DNA of 64,000 bases, from positions 4,622-68,621 of the forward strand of contig CAJUGF010000001.1 of NCBI GenBank assembly GCA_910585915.1, written 5' to 3'. Below the pieces are notes generated by a model. The model made no database searches. It worked only from the letters and a program-made list of their open reading frames with translations, and was not told the DNA's origin. This document shows, piece after piece, positions 37,966-47,020 of the stretch. The DNA comes from an uncultured Bacilli bacterium (lineage in GTDB: Bacteria > Bacillota_I > Bacilli_A > RF39 > UBA660). Each line of letters starts with the position of its first letter. The stretch's first letter is position 1. The position numbers and the translations under genes were made by a program.

Positions 37966-39162
37966 TTATTCTTTCAATAGTTTTGTTATCATCATTGTTG
38001 ATGGGACGTCTCCTGTTGCATTTAAACATGTAGCTGGAGCATCGATTAACCAAGCAATGGTAGTCAGAATTAAGTAGGCTTCAGCTGGGAATCCAAAGAT
38101 GGATAGAATTAGCATTTCACTGATTAATCCTCCAGAAGGTATTCCTGACATAGCCATACATATAAATGTTGAAAGTAAAATAGTAATGATTATATTTGTT
38201 GGTGTAAAAAAGTTTCTTCCAAAAATGGCAAATAAGAACATTATTTTTAATACTGTTCCCATACTTGACCCTTCCATATGGGTAGCAGCACCAATTGATA
38301 AACTAACACTACTAATTTCTTCTTTAATTTTTAATTTTTTTGTTGTTTCAATGTTTACTGGAAGTGTTGCAATGGAAGAACAAGTAGCAAGAGAGGTTAG
38401 AGCAGGAGAAGAAATATTTTTCCATAGTGCTTTGACACCTTTTTTTCCTTTTGCAAAAAATGCATATAAACTATAGAATGCAACAAAATATATGAGACAT
38501 GCAATTAGATAAATAATCAAGTATGATGCATAGGATCCAATTAATTCAGGTCCCATCTCAGCAATTAAATTAGCGAAGAAAGCTAAAATTCCAATTGGAG
38601 CATAGTACATAATGATATCAATCATTTTTAATAAACTTTCTGTTCCAGCTTCTAAGATCTTTCGCATTGCTTCTCCTTTTTCTTTTGCTGCAGAGACGCC
38701 AAAACCAAATAAACTAGCAAAAATAATTAGTGGAATTAGATTTTTTCTTGATAATATTTCAGAAAAGTCTGAAACTGTAAAGGTGTCAACAATTTTTTCT
38801 GTAATATCTACTGAATCCATCTCTACTGTTTCAGTAGGAATGGTTGTTTCAATTTTGGGTTTTGTAATACTAAATGTTCCTAGCATAAAGATGGAACTAA
38901 TTAAACTGGTTGTTAAAAAGACAATGAGTGTTGTTTTTACAAGACGGCCAAATTTTTTGCCACTACCAAATTTGGCAATTGCACTTGCTATTAGAAAAAA
39001 TACTAAAGGAACAACAATTGTAAATAAAAGATTTACGAAAATGTCACCGAGTGGTTTAATATAATGTACATGATCTTTCCAGAATAACCCTAAGAGGGTT
39101 CCTAGAATCATGGCGATGATTAAGACATAGGATGATTTCCATTTGAATTTAAATTTTTTCAT
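37966..39162 (-). CDS. Dicarboxylate/amino acid:cation symporter (DAACS family; SstT/GltP-like)
   Basis: 398 aa polytopic protein with DAACS-like re-entrant-loop regions (SGGLISEMLIL, ATHMEGSSMGT). Confidence 0.7.
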   Translation of the reverse strand: MKKFKFKWKSSYVLIIAMILGTLLGLFWKDHVHYIKPLGDIFVNLLFTIVVPLVFFLIASAIAKFGSGKKFGRLVKTTLIVFLTTSLISSIFMLGTFSITKPKIETTIPTETVEMDSVDITEKIVDTFTVSDFSEILSRKNLIPLIIFASLFGFGVSAAKEKGEAMRKILEAGTESLLKMIDIIMYYAPIGILAFFANLIAEMGPELIGSYASYLIIYLIACLIYFVAFYSLYAFFAKGKKGVKALWKNISSPALTSLATCSSIATLPVNIETTKKLKIKEEISSVSLSIGAATHMEGSSMGTVLKIMFLFAIFGRNFFTPTNIIITILLSTFICMAMSGIPSGGLISEMLILSIFGFPAEAYLILTTIAWLIDAPATCLNATGDVPSTMMITKLLKE

Positions 39163-39448
39163 AAATTCCCTCCTATCCTCATTATATCTATAGATTTAGC
39201 AAAATAGAAACAAAAATTTACAGAATTTGACACTTTTGGGTGTTTATTTCTTGAAAATTGCTATTTTTTGCGAATGAAACTTATACTTTGGACATAAAAA
39301 TGCTTGTAGATATGTAAAGTTTTTGATAAAATACAAGTGGCTTTTAGTAAGCAAATAGACATGTAGTTTGAAAATTATATTCGAGTGCCGAAGAGGTGTA
39401 TATAGTTTGGTGATAATTACAGATGTTTAAACAAAGGAGGATTTTATT

Positions 39449-40384
39449 ATGGCCGTAGTTTCTATGAGTAATCTTTTAGAAGCTGGAGTTCATTTTGGAC
39501 ATCAAACAAAAAGATGGAATCCAAAGATGAAACCTTATATCTTTGCAGCAAGAGAAGATATTTATATAATTGACTTGCAAAAGACAGCTGAAAAGCTTGA
39601 AGAAGCTTATCCAGTAGTGAAAACCATTGCTGAAAATGGTGGTACTTTTCTTTTTGTAGGTACTAAAAAACAAGCGAGTGAAGTAGCCAAAGAAGAAGCT
39701 TTAAGAAGTAATTCATTTTATGTTACTGAAAGATGGCTTGGTGGAACACTTACAAATTTCCGTACTATTCGTAGACGTGTAAAACGTTTAGAAGAAATTG
39801 AAGCAATGGAGAAAAATGGTACATTTGAAGTGTTACCAAAAAAAGAAGTTATTGGACTTAAGAAAGAATATGAAAAGTTAAATCGTTTACTTTCAGGTAT
39901 TCGTGGCATGGTTAAGATACCACAAGCTATGATTATTGTAGATCCTAAGAAGGAAATTAATGCAATTCGTGAAGCACGTAAACTTAATATTCCAGTATTT
40001 GGTTTAGTAGATACCAATTGTGATCCTGATGACGTTGATTATGTAATTCCTGGTAATGATGATGCAGTTCGTTCTGTTAAAGTTGTTTTAGGAGTTTTAA
40101 ATAATGCTATTTGTGAAGCCAATCATTTAGAAATGGTTGATTATGTTACAGAAGAGGATAAGAAAAAAGTAAAAGAAGTGAAGGATGAAGTAAAAACTTC
40201 TGATGTTATGGGGACTGCTTTGCAAGAAGAAAAGAAGGAAGTAAAGGAAGTAGCAAAAGAAGATAACAATGAAGATCTTTCTAAAAAAACTTTGACTGAG
40301 CTAAAAGCTATGGCGAAAGAAGCAAATGTTAAAGGGTATAGTACTATGAAAAAGGATGAACTTATTGCATCTTTAACAAAATAA
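39449..40384 (+). CDS. rpsB: 30S ribosomal protein S2 with Lys/Glu-rich C-terminal extension
   Basis: [32 protein letters not shown]; RBS AAAGGAGG; about 60 extra residues ([14 protein letters not shown] ...) relative to typical S2. Confidence 0.95.
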   Translation: MAVVSMSNLLEAGVHFGHQTKRWNPKMKPYIFAAREDIYIIDLQKTAEKLEEAYPVVKTIAENGGTFLFVGTKKQASEVAKEEALRSNSFYVTERWLGGTLTNFRTIRRRVKRLEEIEAMEKNGTFEVLPKKEVIGLKKEYEKLNRLLSGIRGMVKIPQAMIIVDPKKEINAIREARKLNIPVFGLVDTNCDPDDVDYVIPGNDDAVRSVKVVLGVLNNAICEANHLEMVDYVTEEDKKKVKEVKDEVKTSDVMGTALQEEKKEVKEVAKEDNNEDLSKKTLTELKAMAKEANVKGYSTMKKDELIASLTK

Positions 40385-40404
40385 GATAATAGGAGGAATA
40401 ACTT

Positions 40405-41280
40405 ATGATTACCGCAGAAATGGTAAAAAATTTAAGAGAAGCAACTGGTGCTGGCATGATGGATTGTAAGAAAGCATTATCTGAGTGTAACGGAGATATG
40501 GATGCTGCAATTGATTTTTTAAGAGAAAAAGGAATTGCAAAAGCTAATAAAAAAGAATCTCGTATTGCAGCAGAAGGTCTTGCTAGTATTTTTATTGATG
40601 GAAATAAGGCTGTTATTTTAGAAGTGAATTCTGAAACTGATTTTGTTAGTAAAAATGAAGAATTCCAAGGTATGATTGAAGAAATTGGATCTGCTATTTT
40701 ATCAGGAACAGCAACTACAATGGAAGAGGCTTTAGCGCTTTCTTGTAATGGAGGGACTGTTCAAGATTTGATTGTATCTAAGACTGCAAAAATTGGAGAA
40801 AAATTATCTTTTCGTCGTTTCGTTGTTATGGAAAAGAGTGATGATGAAGTTTTTGGAGCTTATTTACATTTAGGTGGAAGAATTGCAGCTTTATCAAAAC
40901 TATCTAATACAAGTGAAGATGTGGCAAAAGATGTTTCAATGCAAGCAGCTGCTATGAGTCCTCGTTATGTATTTAGAACTGATGTACCAGAGGATGAAGT
41001 TGCACGTGAAAAAGAAGTGTTAAAAGAGCAAGCAATGAATGAAGGAAAAACTGAAGAAATCGCTGCTAAGATGGTTGATGGAAGACTTCATAAGTTCTTT
41101 AAAGAAATTTGTCTTGCAGAACAAGCTTTCATTAAAGATGGCGATGTTGATGTTCAAACATATGTAAAAAATAACGGTGGAGAAATTAAAGAAGTCGTTC
41201 GTTATGAAGTAGGAGAAGGCATTGAAAAAAAGCAAGAAGATTTTGCACAAGAAGTAATGAATCAAGTCAATGGAAATTAG
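40405..41280 (+). CDS. tsf: Elongation factor Ts
   Basis: MITAEMVKNLREATGAGMMDCKKAL UBA-like N-terminus and the EF-Ts dimerisation core. Confidence 0.93.
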   Translation: MITAEMVKNLREATGAGMMDCKKALSECNGDMDAAIDFLREKGIAKANKKESRIAAEGLASIFIDGNKAVILEVNSETDFVSKNEEFQGMIEEIGSAILSGTATTMEEALALSCNGGTVQDLIVSKTAKIGEKLSFRRFVVMEKSDDEVFGAYLHLGGRIAALSKLSNTSEDVAKDVSMQAAAMSPRYVFRTDVPEDEVAREKEVLKEQAMNEGKTEEIAAKMVDGRLHKFFKEICLAEQAFIKDGDVDVQTYVKNNGGEIKEVVRYEVGEGIEKKQEDFAQEVMNQVNGN

Positions 41281-41285
41281 TTTTT

Positions 41286-41318
41286 AAAGAAGTTTTATTG
41301 AAAAACTTCTTTTTTTTG
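41286..41318 (+). terminator. Intrinsic terminator after tsf
   Basis: AAAGAAGTTTT-attg-AAAACTTCTTT hairpin plus a T7 run. Confidence 0.65.
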
Positions 41319-41379
41319 ACACTATCTTTAAGAGATAGACTTTTTTTCACTTCTTCTTTTTGTTATACTAGTTTTAGAG

Positions 41380-41982
41380 ATGATATTTATGAATACAAAA
41401 AAGCCAATGTCTAGTTTGCAAAAGTGCTTTTATGCAGTAAGTTTTATAGTACTGATTGCAGCTTTTGTTTTTCTTGGTACAAAAAATTATAAAATTAAGG
41501 AATTGTCTGATGCAGAACAATTTTCGCGAGAATATCGGACAGTTTCTTCTGATAATTTGTTTCAGGTATTTGATTCTGCGGAAGCTTTGACATTTTTAGA
41601 AAAAGGAACAGGTATTCTATTTTTGGGATTTCCAGATAATAAGTGGAGTTCTAGTATTGCAGAAATGCTTGATCAAGTGAGTCACGAGTATAATTACCCA
41701 GTAAATTATTTTAATTTTTATGATGAACGTGAGAATAGACATGATAATTATTTGGGGATTTTAACTGAAGTAGATGAGTATTTGAATTTGGATGATAAAG
41801 GTAGACTTAACTTGTATGCTCCAACGATTATTGGTGTAGTAAAAGGGGATGTTATTTATTTTGATGATGAGACAACTTTTATGAATCAAAAAATGGAACC
41901 AAGTGATTATTGGACACCTTCTCAAAAAGAGAAGAAAATGTTGCGTTTACGCTCACTTTTTTTAGAAATGAAAGGAAAGTAG
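41380..41982 (+). CDS. Membrane-anchored hypothetical protein, possible thioredoxin-like fold with degenerate CxxC (WSSS)
   Basis: N-terminal TM. GILFLGFPDNKWSSSIAEMLDQ resembles the thioredoxin active-site region (FWA.WCGPC) with Cys replaced by Ser. Tentative. Confidence 0.35.
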   Translation: MIFMNTKKPMSSLQKCFYAVSFIVLIAAFVFLGTKNYKIKELSDAEQFSREYRTVSSDNLFQVFDSAEALTFLEKGTGILFLGFPDNKWSSSIAEMLDQVSHEYNYPVNYFNFYDERENRHDNYLGILTEVDEYLNLDDKGRLNLYAPTIIGVVKGDVIYFDDETTFMNQKMEPSDYWTPSQKEKKMLRLRSLFLEMKGK

Positions 41983-41985
41983 AAT

Positions 41986-42483
41986 ATGGATGAGAAAGTT
42001 GTAAAGGTTATATCTTGTTCGGTTGCGGTGGCAGTGATGATTTTATTGCTTAGTGGGGATATGATTATATCTCAGTTTATTCGAGTTAATCCTAATCAAG
42101 ATATGATAGTAGAGGAAACTAGTTTTTGTGAGCAAAGATTTTGTTTGCAAGCTTTATCTAATCAAATAAAATATCATGATACTGTTTTTGTGCTTATTGG
42201 TCAAAGCGAAGAAGAATCTTGTAGTCAAATTCTTTCTATATTTGAAGAGACCATTGCAGAATATCCAGCAGTTTATGGGTCTTATTTTGATTTTCAACAG
42301 TTTATTTTTGAAGAGGATGAGTATCAAGCTTTTTTGGCTTTGATTAATGATGAGTCTTTGTTATCACAATCTTTTTCTGTTTTGATTTTTCAAGGTGGTG
42401 AATTTAAGGAATTGATAGATATATCTTCTTTAGAAAGATTGAAAGAACAATTAATTGATAAAATTCAATTGTATTCGAATTAA
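41986..42483 (+). CDS. Membrane-anchored hypothetical protein, weak paralog of the preceding gene (SEEESCS instead of CxxC)
   Basis: N-terminal TM; DTVFVLIGQSEEESCSQILSIFEE aligns loosely with the corresponding segment of the upstream protein. Confidence 0.3.
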   Translation: MDEKVVKVISCSVAVAVMILLLSGDMIISQFIRVNPNQDMIVEETSFCEQRFCLQALSNQIKYHDTVFVLIGQSEEESCSQILSIFEETIAEYPAVYGSYFDFQQFIFEEDEYQAFLALINDESLLSQSFSVLIFQGGEFKELIDISSLERLKEQLIDKIQLYSN

Positions 42484-42603
42484 GGGGAGTTATCTTTTTC
42501 ATAATCTAGGTTTATTGGGGTAAGATAAGAATGGTTTTTGTTGATTATGTTTTCTTAGTTTTATATAATAACAATATAGAAAAAAATTAGAAAGAGAGTT
42601 TTT

Positions 42604-43137
42604 ATGATATCAGAAATTGAACAAAAAATGAAAAAAACAATTGATGCTCTGGAGGGAAGATTATTAAATATTCGAGCAGGGAGAGCAAATCCAGCAATGT
42701 TAAATGGCATTATGGTAGAGTATTATGGAGTTCCAAGCGCTATTACAGCACTAGCAAATGTTACAGTGCCAGAGGCTCGGCAACTTATGATTAAACCTTT
42801 TGATAAAAGTGTTTTAAAAGAAATTGAAAGAAGTATTAATGAAGCAAATATGGGAATTACTCCTATTAATAATGGAGAGGTTATCATTTTAACAATTCCT
42901 GAACTTACAGAGGAAAGACGAAAAGATTATGTAAAGCAAGCAAAAAGTATTTGTGAGGATGCGAAAGTAGCACTTAGAAATATTCGTCAAGATGCAAATA
43001 ACGAAATTAAAAAAGCAGAGTTTCCTGAAGATCAAGAAAAAGCTGAACTAAGTAATGTTCAAGATTTGATTCAAGAATATAACAAAGTAGTTGATGAAAA
43101 GTTAAGGGAAAAAGAGCAAGAGTTAATGAAATTTTAA
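42604..43137 (+). CDS. frr: Ribosome recycling factor
   Basis: MKKTIDALEGRLLNIRAGRANPAMLNGIMVEYYG and overall RRF length. Confidence 0.93.
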   Translation: MISEIEQKMKKTIDALEGRLLNIRAGRANPAMLNGIMVEYYGVPSAITALANVTVPEARQLMIKPFDKSVLKEIERSINEANMGITPINNGEVIILTIPELTEERRKDYVKQAKSICEDAKVALRNIRQDANNEIKKAEFPEDQEKAELSNVQDLIQEYNKVVDEKLREKEQELMKF

Positions 43138-43214
43138 AAGAATAAAAATACTTTTTACAAAGTGTGTTTTTTATGATAGACTATTGTTAGTATAGATGAT
43201 TTGGTGATGATGCT

Positions 43215-44849
43215 ATGAACTATAAAAATATGTTAAAGAGAGAAACTAAAGTTATTGCTTACGTTGTTATTTGTTTAACTCTCGTAGTAATTGGTGTTAG
43301 TTATGCCATGTTTTTGCAAGTTAATAAGAATACTGATAATCAAGTAGTGGAAACAGGTTCTTTAGTTATTACTTATAAAAATGGCAACGGGGAAATGATT
43401 CAAGATAATGCTTGTTTGGAACCAATGACAGATGAGGATGCTTCTATTATGATAGAATGTAGTTATCAGTTAAGCATTTTAAACAGTGGATCTTTGCCTG
43501 CTAATTATAAATTGAATATTTTTGATAATTTGGAAGGTTTAAGTGGAAATGAAGTTTTTGTTAGCCATGATATTTTACGTGTTGGATTGAAAAAAGGGGT
43601 TGAGACTTTAAATCCTTTTAAGATAGAAACATTGTCTAATTTGCCACATACTGATGAAACAGCGTCTGAAACGGCTCAGAATAATATTCGTTATATATTA
43701 GATACTGGGGTATTAGAGCCTGGTGAAAATATTACTTATAGTGTTCAGATTTGGCTGAATGATGATAAGGCTAGTACAGCACTTTCGAATCAATTTGTTT
43801 CTTTGAAAATTGAAGTTGATAGTGTTGTTGCTGAGAATGTTGATGTTGGCAATGATAATTCTAGTGAAATCAAAGGTTTTTTTGAAGAAAAAGTGGTCAC
43901 TAATGGAGAAGGAGTATACAAAGTAGAACATCCTGATAGTGAATTAACAGAAGCTTTTTCAAATGATTTGTCAGAAGCTCAAAAAAATAATTTAAAGCAA
44001 ATAGAGTATCGATATGCTGGGGCTAATCCAAATAATTATGTAACATTTAACAATGAGTTATGGCGGGTGATTGGCTTAGTAAATACCCCAGAAGGACAAA
44101 GAATTAAAATAATAAGAAATGAAAGTATTGGAGAGTATTCTTGGGATAGTAGTGACAGTAGTACTAATGATGGATATGGAATTAATGAATGGAGTCAAGC
44201 AGACATAATGCATTTATTAAATGATGGTCCATACTACAATCGTACTAGTGGAATTTGTTATAATGCTCAAAATAATGCTACTATAGATTGTGACTTTAGT
44301 AATTCTGGTTTAAGTGATCAAGCAAAGAATATGATCGAAACAATCACTTGGAATACTGGAAGTAATGACGTAGCAACACATACATATGAACATATTAATA
44401 CAACAGAATTTTATAGTTTTGAACGAAGTGGAAATACTGGAAAAGTTTGTAATAGTGGAACTTATTGTAATGATACATTAACAAGAACAACTACATGGAA
44501 AGGTATGATTGGGTTAATGTATTCAAGTGACTATGGATATGCTACGAGTGGTGGGACAACAATAAATAGGATATCTTGTTTAAATTCTGAATTGTATAAT
44601 TGGAATAATAGTGAAGATTGTTATCAAAATAATTGGTTAAATAATTCAAGCATTTCTCAATGGATTATATCTCCTATAGCTGATGCAGATCTTGCTCATA
44701 GTTCTTTTGTTGTAGGAGTTAATAAACGCGTTGGAAATGGTATTGTTGCTGGGGCACGTGGTGTTAAACCAACTTTATTTCTTAAATCTAATATAAAAAT
44801 AGTTGATGGATTAGGAACACAAGAAAATCCTTATCAATTAAAAGCTTAA
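43215..44849 (+). CDS. Secreted/surface protein, mosaic paralog family member (divergent N-domain A + C-domain B)
   Basis: N-terminal signal/anchor. C-terminal about 330 aa homologous to the C-terminal half of the 64..1548 protein (EYRYAGANPNNYVTFNNELWRVIGLVNTPEGQRIKI, ITWNTGS). Confidence 0.6.
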   Translation: MNYKNMLKRETKVIAYVVICLTLVVIGVSYAMFLQVNKNTDNQVVETGSLVITYKNGNGEMIQDNACLEPMTDEDASIMIECSYQLSILNSGSLPANYKLNIFDNLEGLSGNEVFVSHDILRVGLKKGVETLNPFKIETLSNLPHTDETASETAQNNIRYILDTGVLEPGENITYSVQIWLNDDKASTALSNQFVSLKIEVDSVVAENVDVGNDNSSEIKGFFEEKVVTNGEGVYKVEHPDSELTEAFSNDLSEAQKNNLKQIEYRYAGANPNNYVTFNNELWRVIGLVNTPEGQRIKIIRNESIGEYSWDSSDSSTNDGYGINEWSQADIMHLLNDGPYYNRTSGICYNAQNNATIDCDFSNSGLSDQAKNMIETITWNTGSNDVATHTYEHINTTEFYSFERSGNTGKVCNSGTYCNDTLTRTTTWKGMIGLMYSSDYGYATSGGTTINRISCLNSELYNWNNSEDCYQNNWLNNSSISQWIISPIADADLAHSSFVVGVNKRVGNGIVAGARGVKPTLFLKSNIKIVDGLGTQENPYQLKA

Positions 44850-44855
44850 TTTTGG

Positions 44856-44882
44856 AAAAAAGATCAAAATGATCTTTTTTCT
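44856..44882 (+). terminator. Intrinsic terminator
   Basis: AAGATC-aaaat-GATCTT hairpin plus a T6 run. Confidence 0.55.
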
Positions 44883-44964
44883 TTTGTTTTCTAGAAAAAA
44901 TTGTTGATTGGAAGAAAAACTGGTGATATAATTTATGGTAGAAATTGAAGGGAGGGTATAATTT

Positions 44965-45150
44965 ATGACTAAAGTTGTAGTAACTAATAATAATATTGAT
45001 GGAGCTTTAAAGAAATTTAAAGTAAAAGTTGCTAGAAGTGGTGTCCCTTCTGAATTAAAGAAAAGAAAACACTATGAAAAACCAGGCGTTAAGAGAAGAG
45101 AAGCGAAGAAAGAAATGATTCGTAATGCTAGAAAACATAGAAGTTATTAG
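44965..45150 (+). CDS. rpsU: 30S ribosomal protein S21
   Basis: 61 aa, basic, KRREAKKEMIRNARKHRSY C-terminus typical of S21; RBS GAAGGGAGGG. Confidence 0.85.
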   Translation: MTKVVVTNNNIDGALKKFKVKVARSGVPSELKKRKHYEKPGVKRREAKKEMIRNARKHRSY

Positions 45151-45158
45151 GTGATTTT

Positions 45159-45611
45159 ATGTCTTTAACAGAAATTATTTCCAATGATTTTAAAACATGT
45201 ATGAAAGAACAAGATAAATTCTCTCTAGGTGTTTTAAGAATGCTTAAAAGTGCATTACAAATGGAACAAATTAATAAGAAACATGATTTATGTGATGATG
45301 AAGTATTAGCTGTTATTAAAAAACAAGTGAAGGTTCGTAAAGATTCTATTTTAGAGTATCAAAAATATGATCGCAAGAATGAAATTGAAATGTTAGAAAA
45401 GGAAATTAATGTTTTATCAAAATATTTGCCAGAAGAATTGAGTGAAGAAGTTGTTTTGAATGAAATTGATTGTGTATTTTCAGAAATTCAGCCAACTAGT
45501 ATGAAAGATATGGGACGGGTGATGAAGCTTTTAACTGAGCGAATTGGTAGTCAAACAGATATGTCCCACGTTAGTTTTCTTGTTAAAGAACGAATTATGA
45601 AAGGTAGCTAA
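45159..45611 (+). CDS. GatB/YqeY-domain protein
   Basis: Conserved pairing with rpsU in Firmicutes; the N-terminal helical YqeY domain pattern. Confidence 0.7.
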   Translation: MSLTEIISNDFKTCMKEQDKFSLGVLRMLKSALQMEQINKKHDLCDDEVLAVIKKQVKVRKDSILEYQKYDRKNEIEMLEKEINVLSKYLPEELSEEVVLNEIDCVFSEIQPTSMKDMGRVMKLLTERIGSQTDMSHVSFLVKERIMKGS

Positions 45612-45695
45612 TTGCTATTTTTTCTTTTTATTTGAAAAAAATGAAATTTTATGTATAATATTGTTAGTATATTTTATTTAAAGGGGGAGTAATCC

Positions 45696-46265
45696 ATGAA
45701 AAAGAAACAGTTTTTGGCGGTTGCAATCGTTTTTTGTTTAATCGTTTTATCATTTTCTGTTAGGAGTACTTTTGCTAAGTATAAGTCTTCTGTTACTGTA
45801 ACAGATGATACTAGGGTTGCTAGATGGGGTATTAATATGTCAAATGAGATTAATTTGCTTGAGAATTCCTCTTTGGTTGGAGAGACTACTACTATTGCTC
45901 CAGGAAGTTCTGGCATCTATCGTTTTCGTGTTGATGGAACAACTGAAACGAGTCATAAGTTAAAAATAAATGTATCTGGGGAAGATCATGTAGGTCGGAT
46001 TGTGTATTATTTGGATGATCCAAATAAACAGATGGGAATGGATTTTGACACTTTAAAAGTTTTTTTACAGGGTATTGTAACTGATGAAGTTATTGAACCT
46101 AATGGAAAACCTATGTTTGATTTTGATCATACTATTACTTGGGAATGGCCTATGGGGGATGCTGATTCTACTGATTATAGTATTTTTAAAGATAAAGATG
46201 GAAATACTGTTCAACCTTTTGTAACTTTGAATGTTGAGGTTATTGCTGAACAAGTAACTAAGTAG
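45696..46265 (+). CDS. Small secreted protein (possible TasA/camelysin-like beta-sandwich; tentative)
   Basis: RBS AAGGGGGAG. Signal peptide MKKKQFLAVAIVFCLIVLSF followed by STFAKYKSS, reminiscent of the FAxFSD motif of TasA-family N-termini. Followed by a signal peptidase gene. Confidence 0.4.
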   Translation: MKKKQFLAVAIVFCLIVLSFSVRSTFAKYKSSVTVTDDTRVARWGINMSNEINLLENSSLVGETTTIAPGSSGIYRFRVDGTTETSHKLKINVSGEDHVGRIVYYLDDPNKQMGMDFDTLKVFLQGIVTDEVIEPNGKPMFDFDHTITWEWPMGDADSTDYSIFKDKDGNTVQPFVTLNVEVIAEQVTK

Positions 46266-46286
46266 GTTTCTGATGGGAGAATAAAA

Positions 46287-46817
46287 ATGGATTGGTTAGA
46301 GATTAAGGAATTTTTAAAAGATACTTTTAAAGTTGTCTTTTTTATTGTTATTGTGTTATTTTTTATTCAATATGTTTTTTCGGTTACAACGGTTGTAGGG
46401 GATTCTATGAATCCCACCTTACATAATGAAGAATATCTTTTTTTAAATAAATTGAAGTATCGTATTTCTGATATTAAAAGAGGAGATGTTATTTCATTAA
46501 AGTATGAAAATACAAAATATTTGATAAAGCGTGTTATTGGTTTGCCTGGAGATACAGTACTGATTCAAAATAATCACGTTTATATCAATGGAACGATGTA
46601 CGAAGAATCATATTTATCTAGTGATTTGGAATATGATGATTTCTCTTTATCTAGTTTAGGATATGATAAAATACCAGAAGATATGTATTTTGTTTTAGGT
46701 GATAATCGAAGTAATTCTATGGATAGTAGAGAAATTGGCTTAATATCTCGAGATGATGTTATAGGAGAAATAGTATTTCGCTTTTGGCCACTTAATCGAT
46801 TTAAATTCGTTTCTTAG
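46287..46817 (+). CDS. lepB: Signal peptidase I (S26, bacterial P-type)
   Basis: N-terminal TM, catalytic GDSMNPTL (Ser) and KRVIGLPGD (Lys) boxes, and GDNRSNSMDSR box E. Confidence 0.88.
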   Translation: MDWLEIKEFLKDTFKVVFFIVIVLFFIQYVFSVTTVVGDSMNPTLHNEEYLFLNKLKYRISDIKRGDVISLKYENTKYLIKRVIGLPGDTVLIQNNHVYINGTMYEESYLSSDLEYDDFSLSSLGYDKIPEDMYFVLGDNRSNSMDSREIGLISRDDVIGEIVFRFWPLNRFKFVS

Positions 46818-47020
46818 AACTTACATTTTTTTGTAAGTTTTTTACATATTTAGACATATTATATAAACATTTTAATAGTTTATTTTTTCTTTTGGGCATT
46901 TTCTTTCCCTTGTTTATTGCGTTTTTTTCTGTCAAGTGATTTTCTTTAAAAAAATGTAACTTTTTGTTGCAGTTTTTTTTGTTTCAACGTATAATTATTA
47001 TGATAGGAAGGGTAAGATAT

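Noticed and set aside
38099-39064. Two + strand ORFs (125 and 150 aa) inside the minus-strand DAACS transporter gene
   Set aside because: They are antisense to a transporter whose translation has clear family motifs. The antisense translations are hydrophobic mirror artefacts.
46287-46817. Considered whether the signal peptidase is SipW-type (which processes TasA-like proteins)
   Set aside because: The catalytic boxes GDSMNPTL, KRVIGLPGD and GDNRSNSMDSR are bacterial P-type (SipS/LepB-like), not the ER/archaeal-type SGSMEP of SipW. The link to TasA-like substrates is therefore kept only as a loose analogy in the findings.
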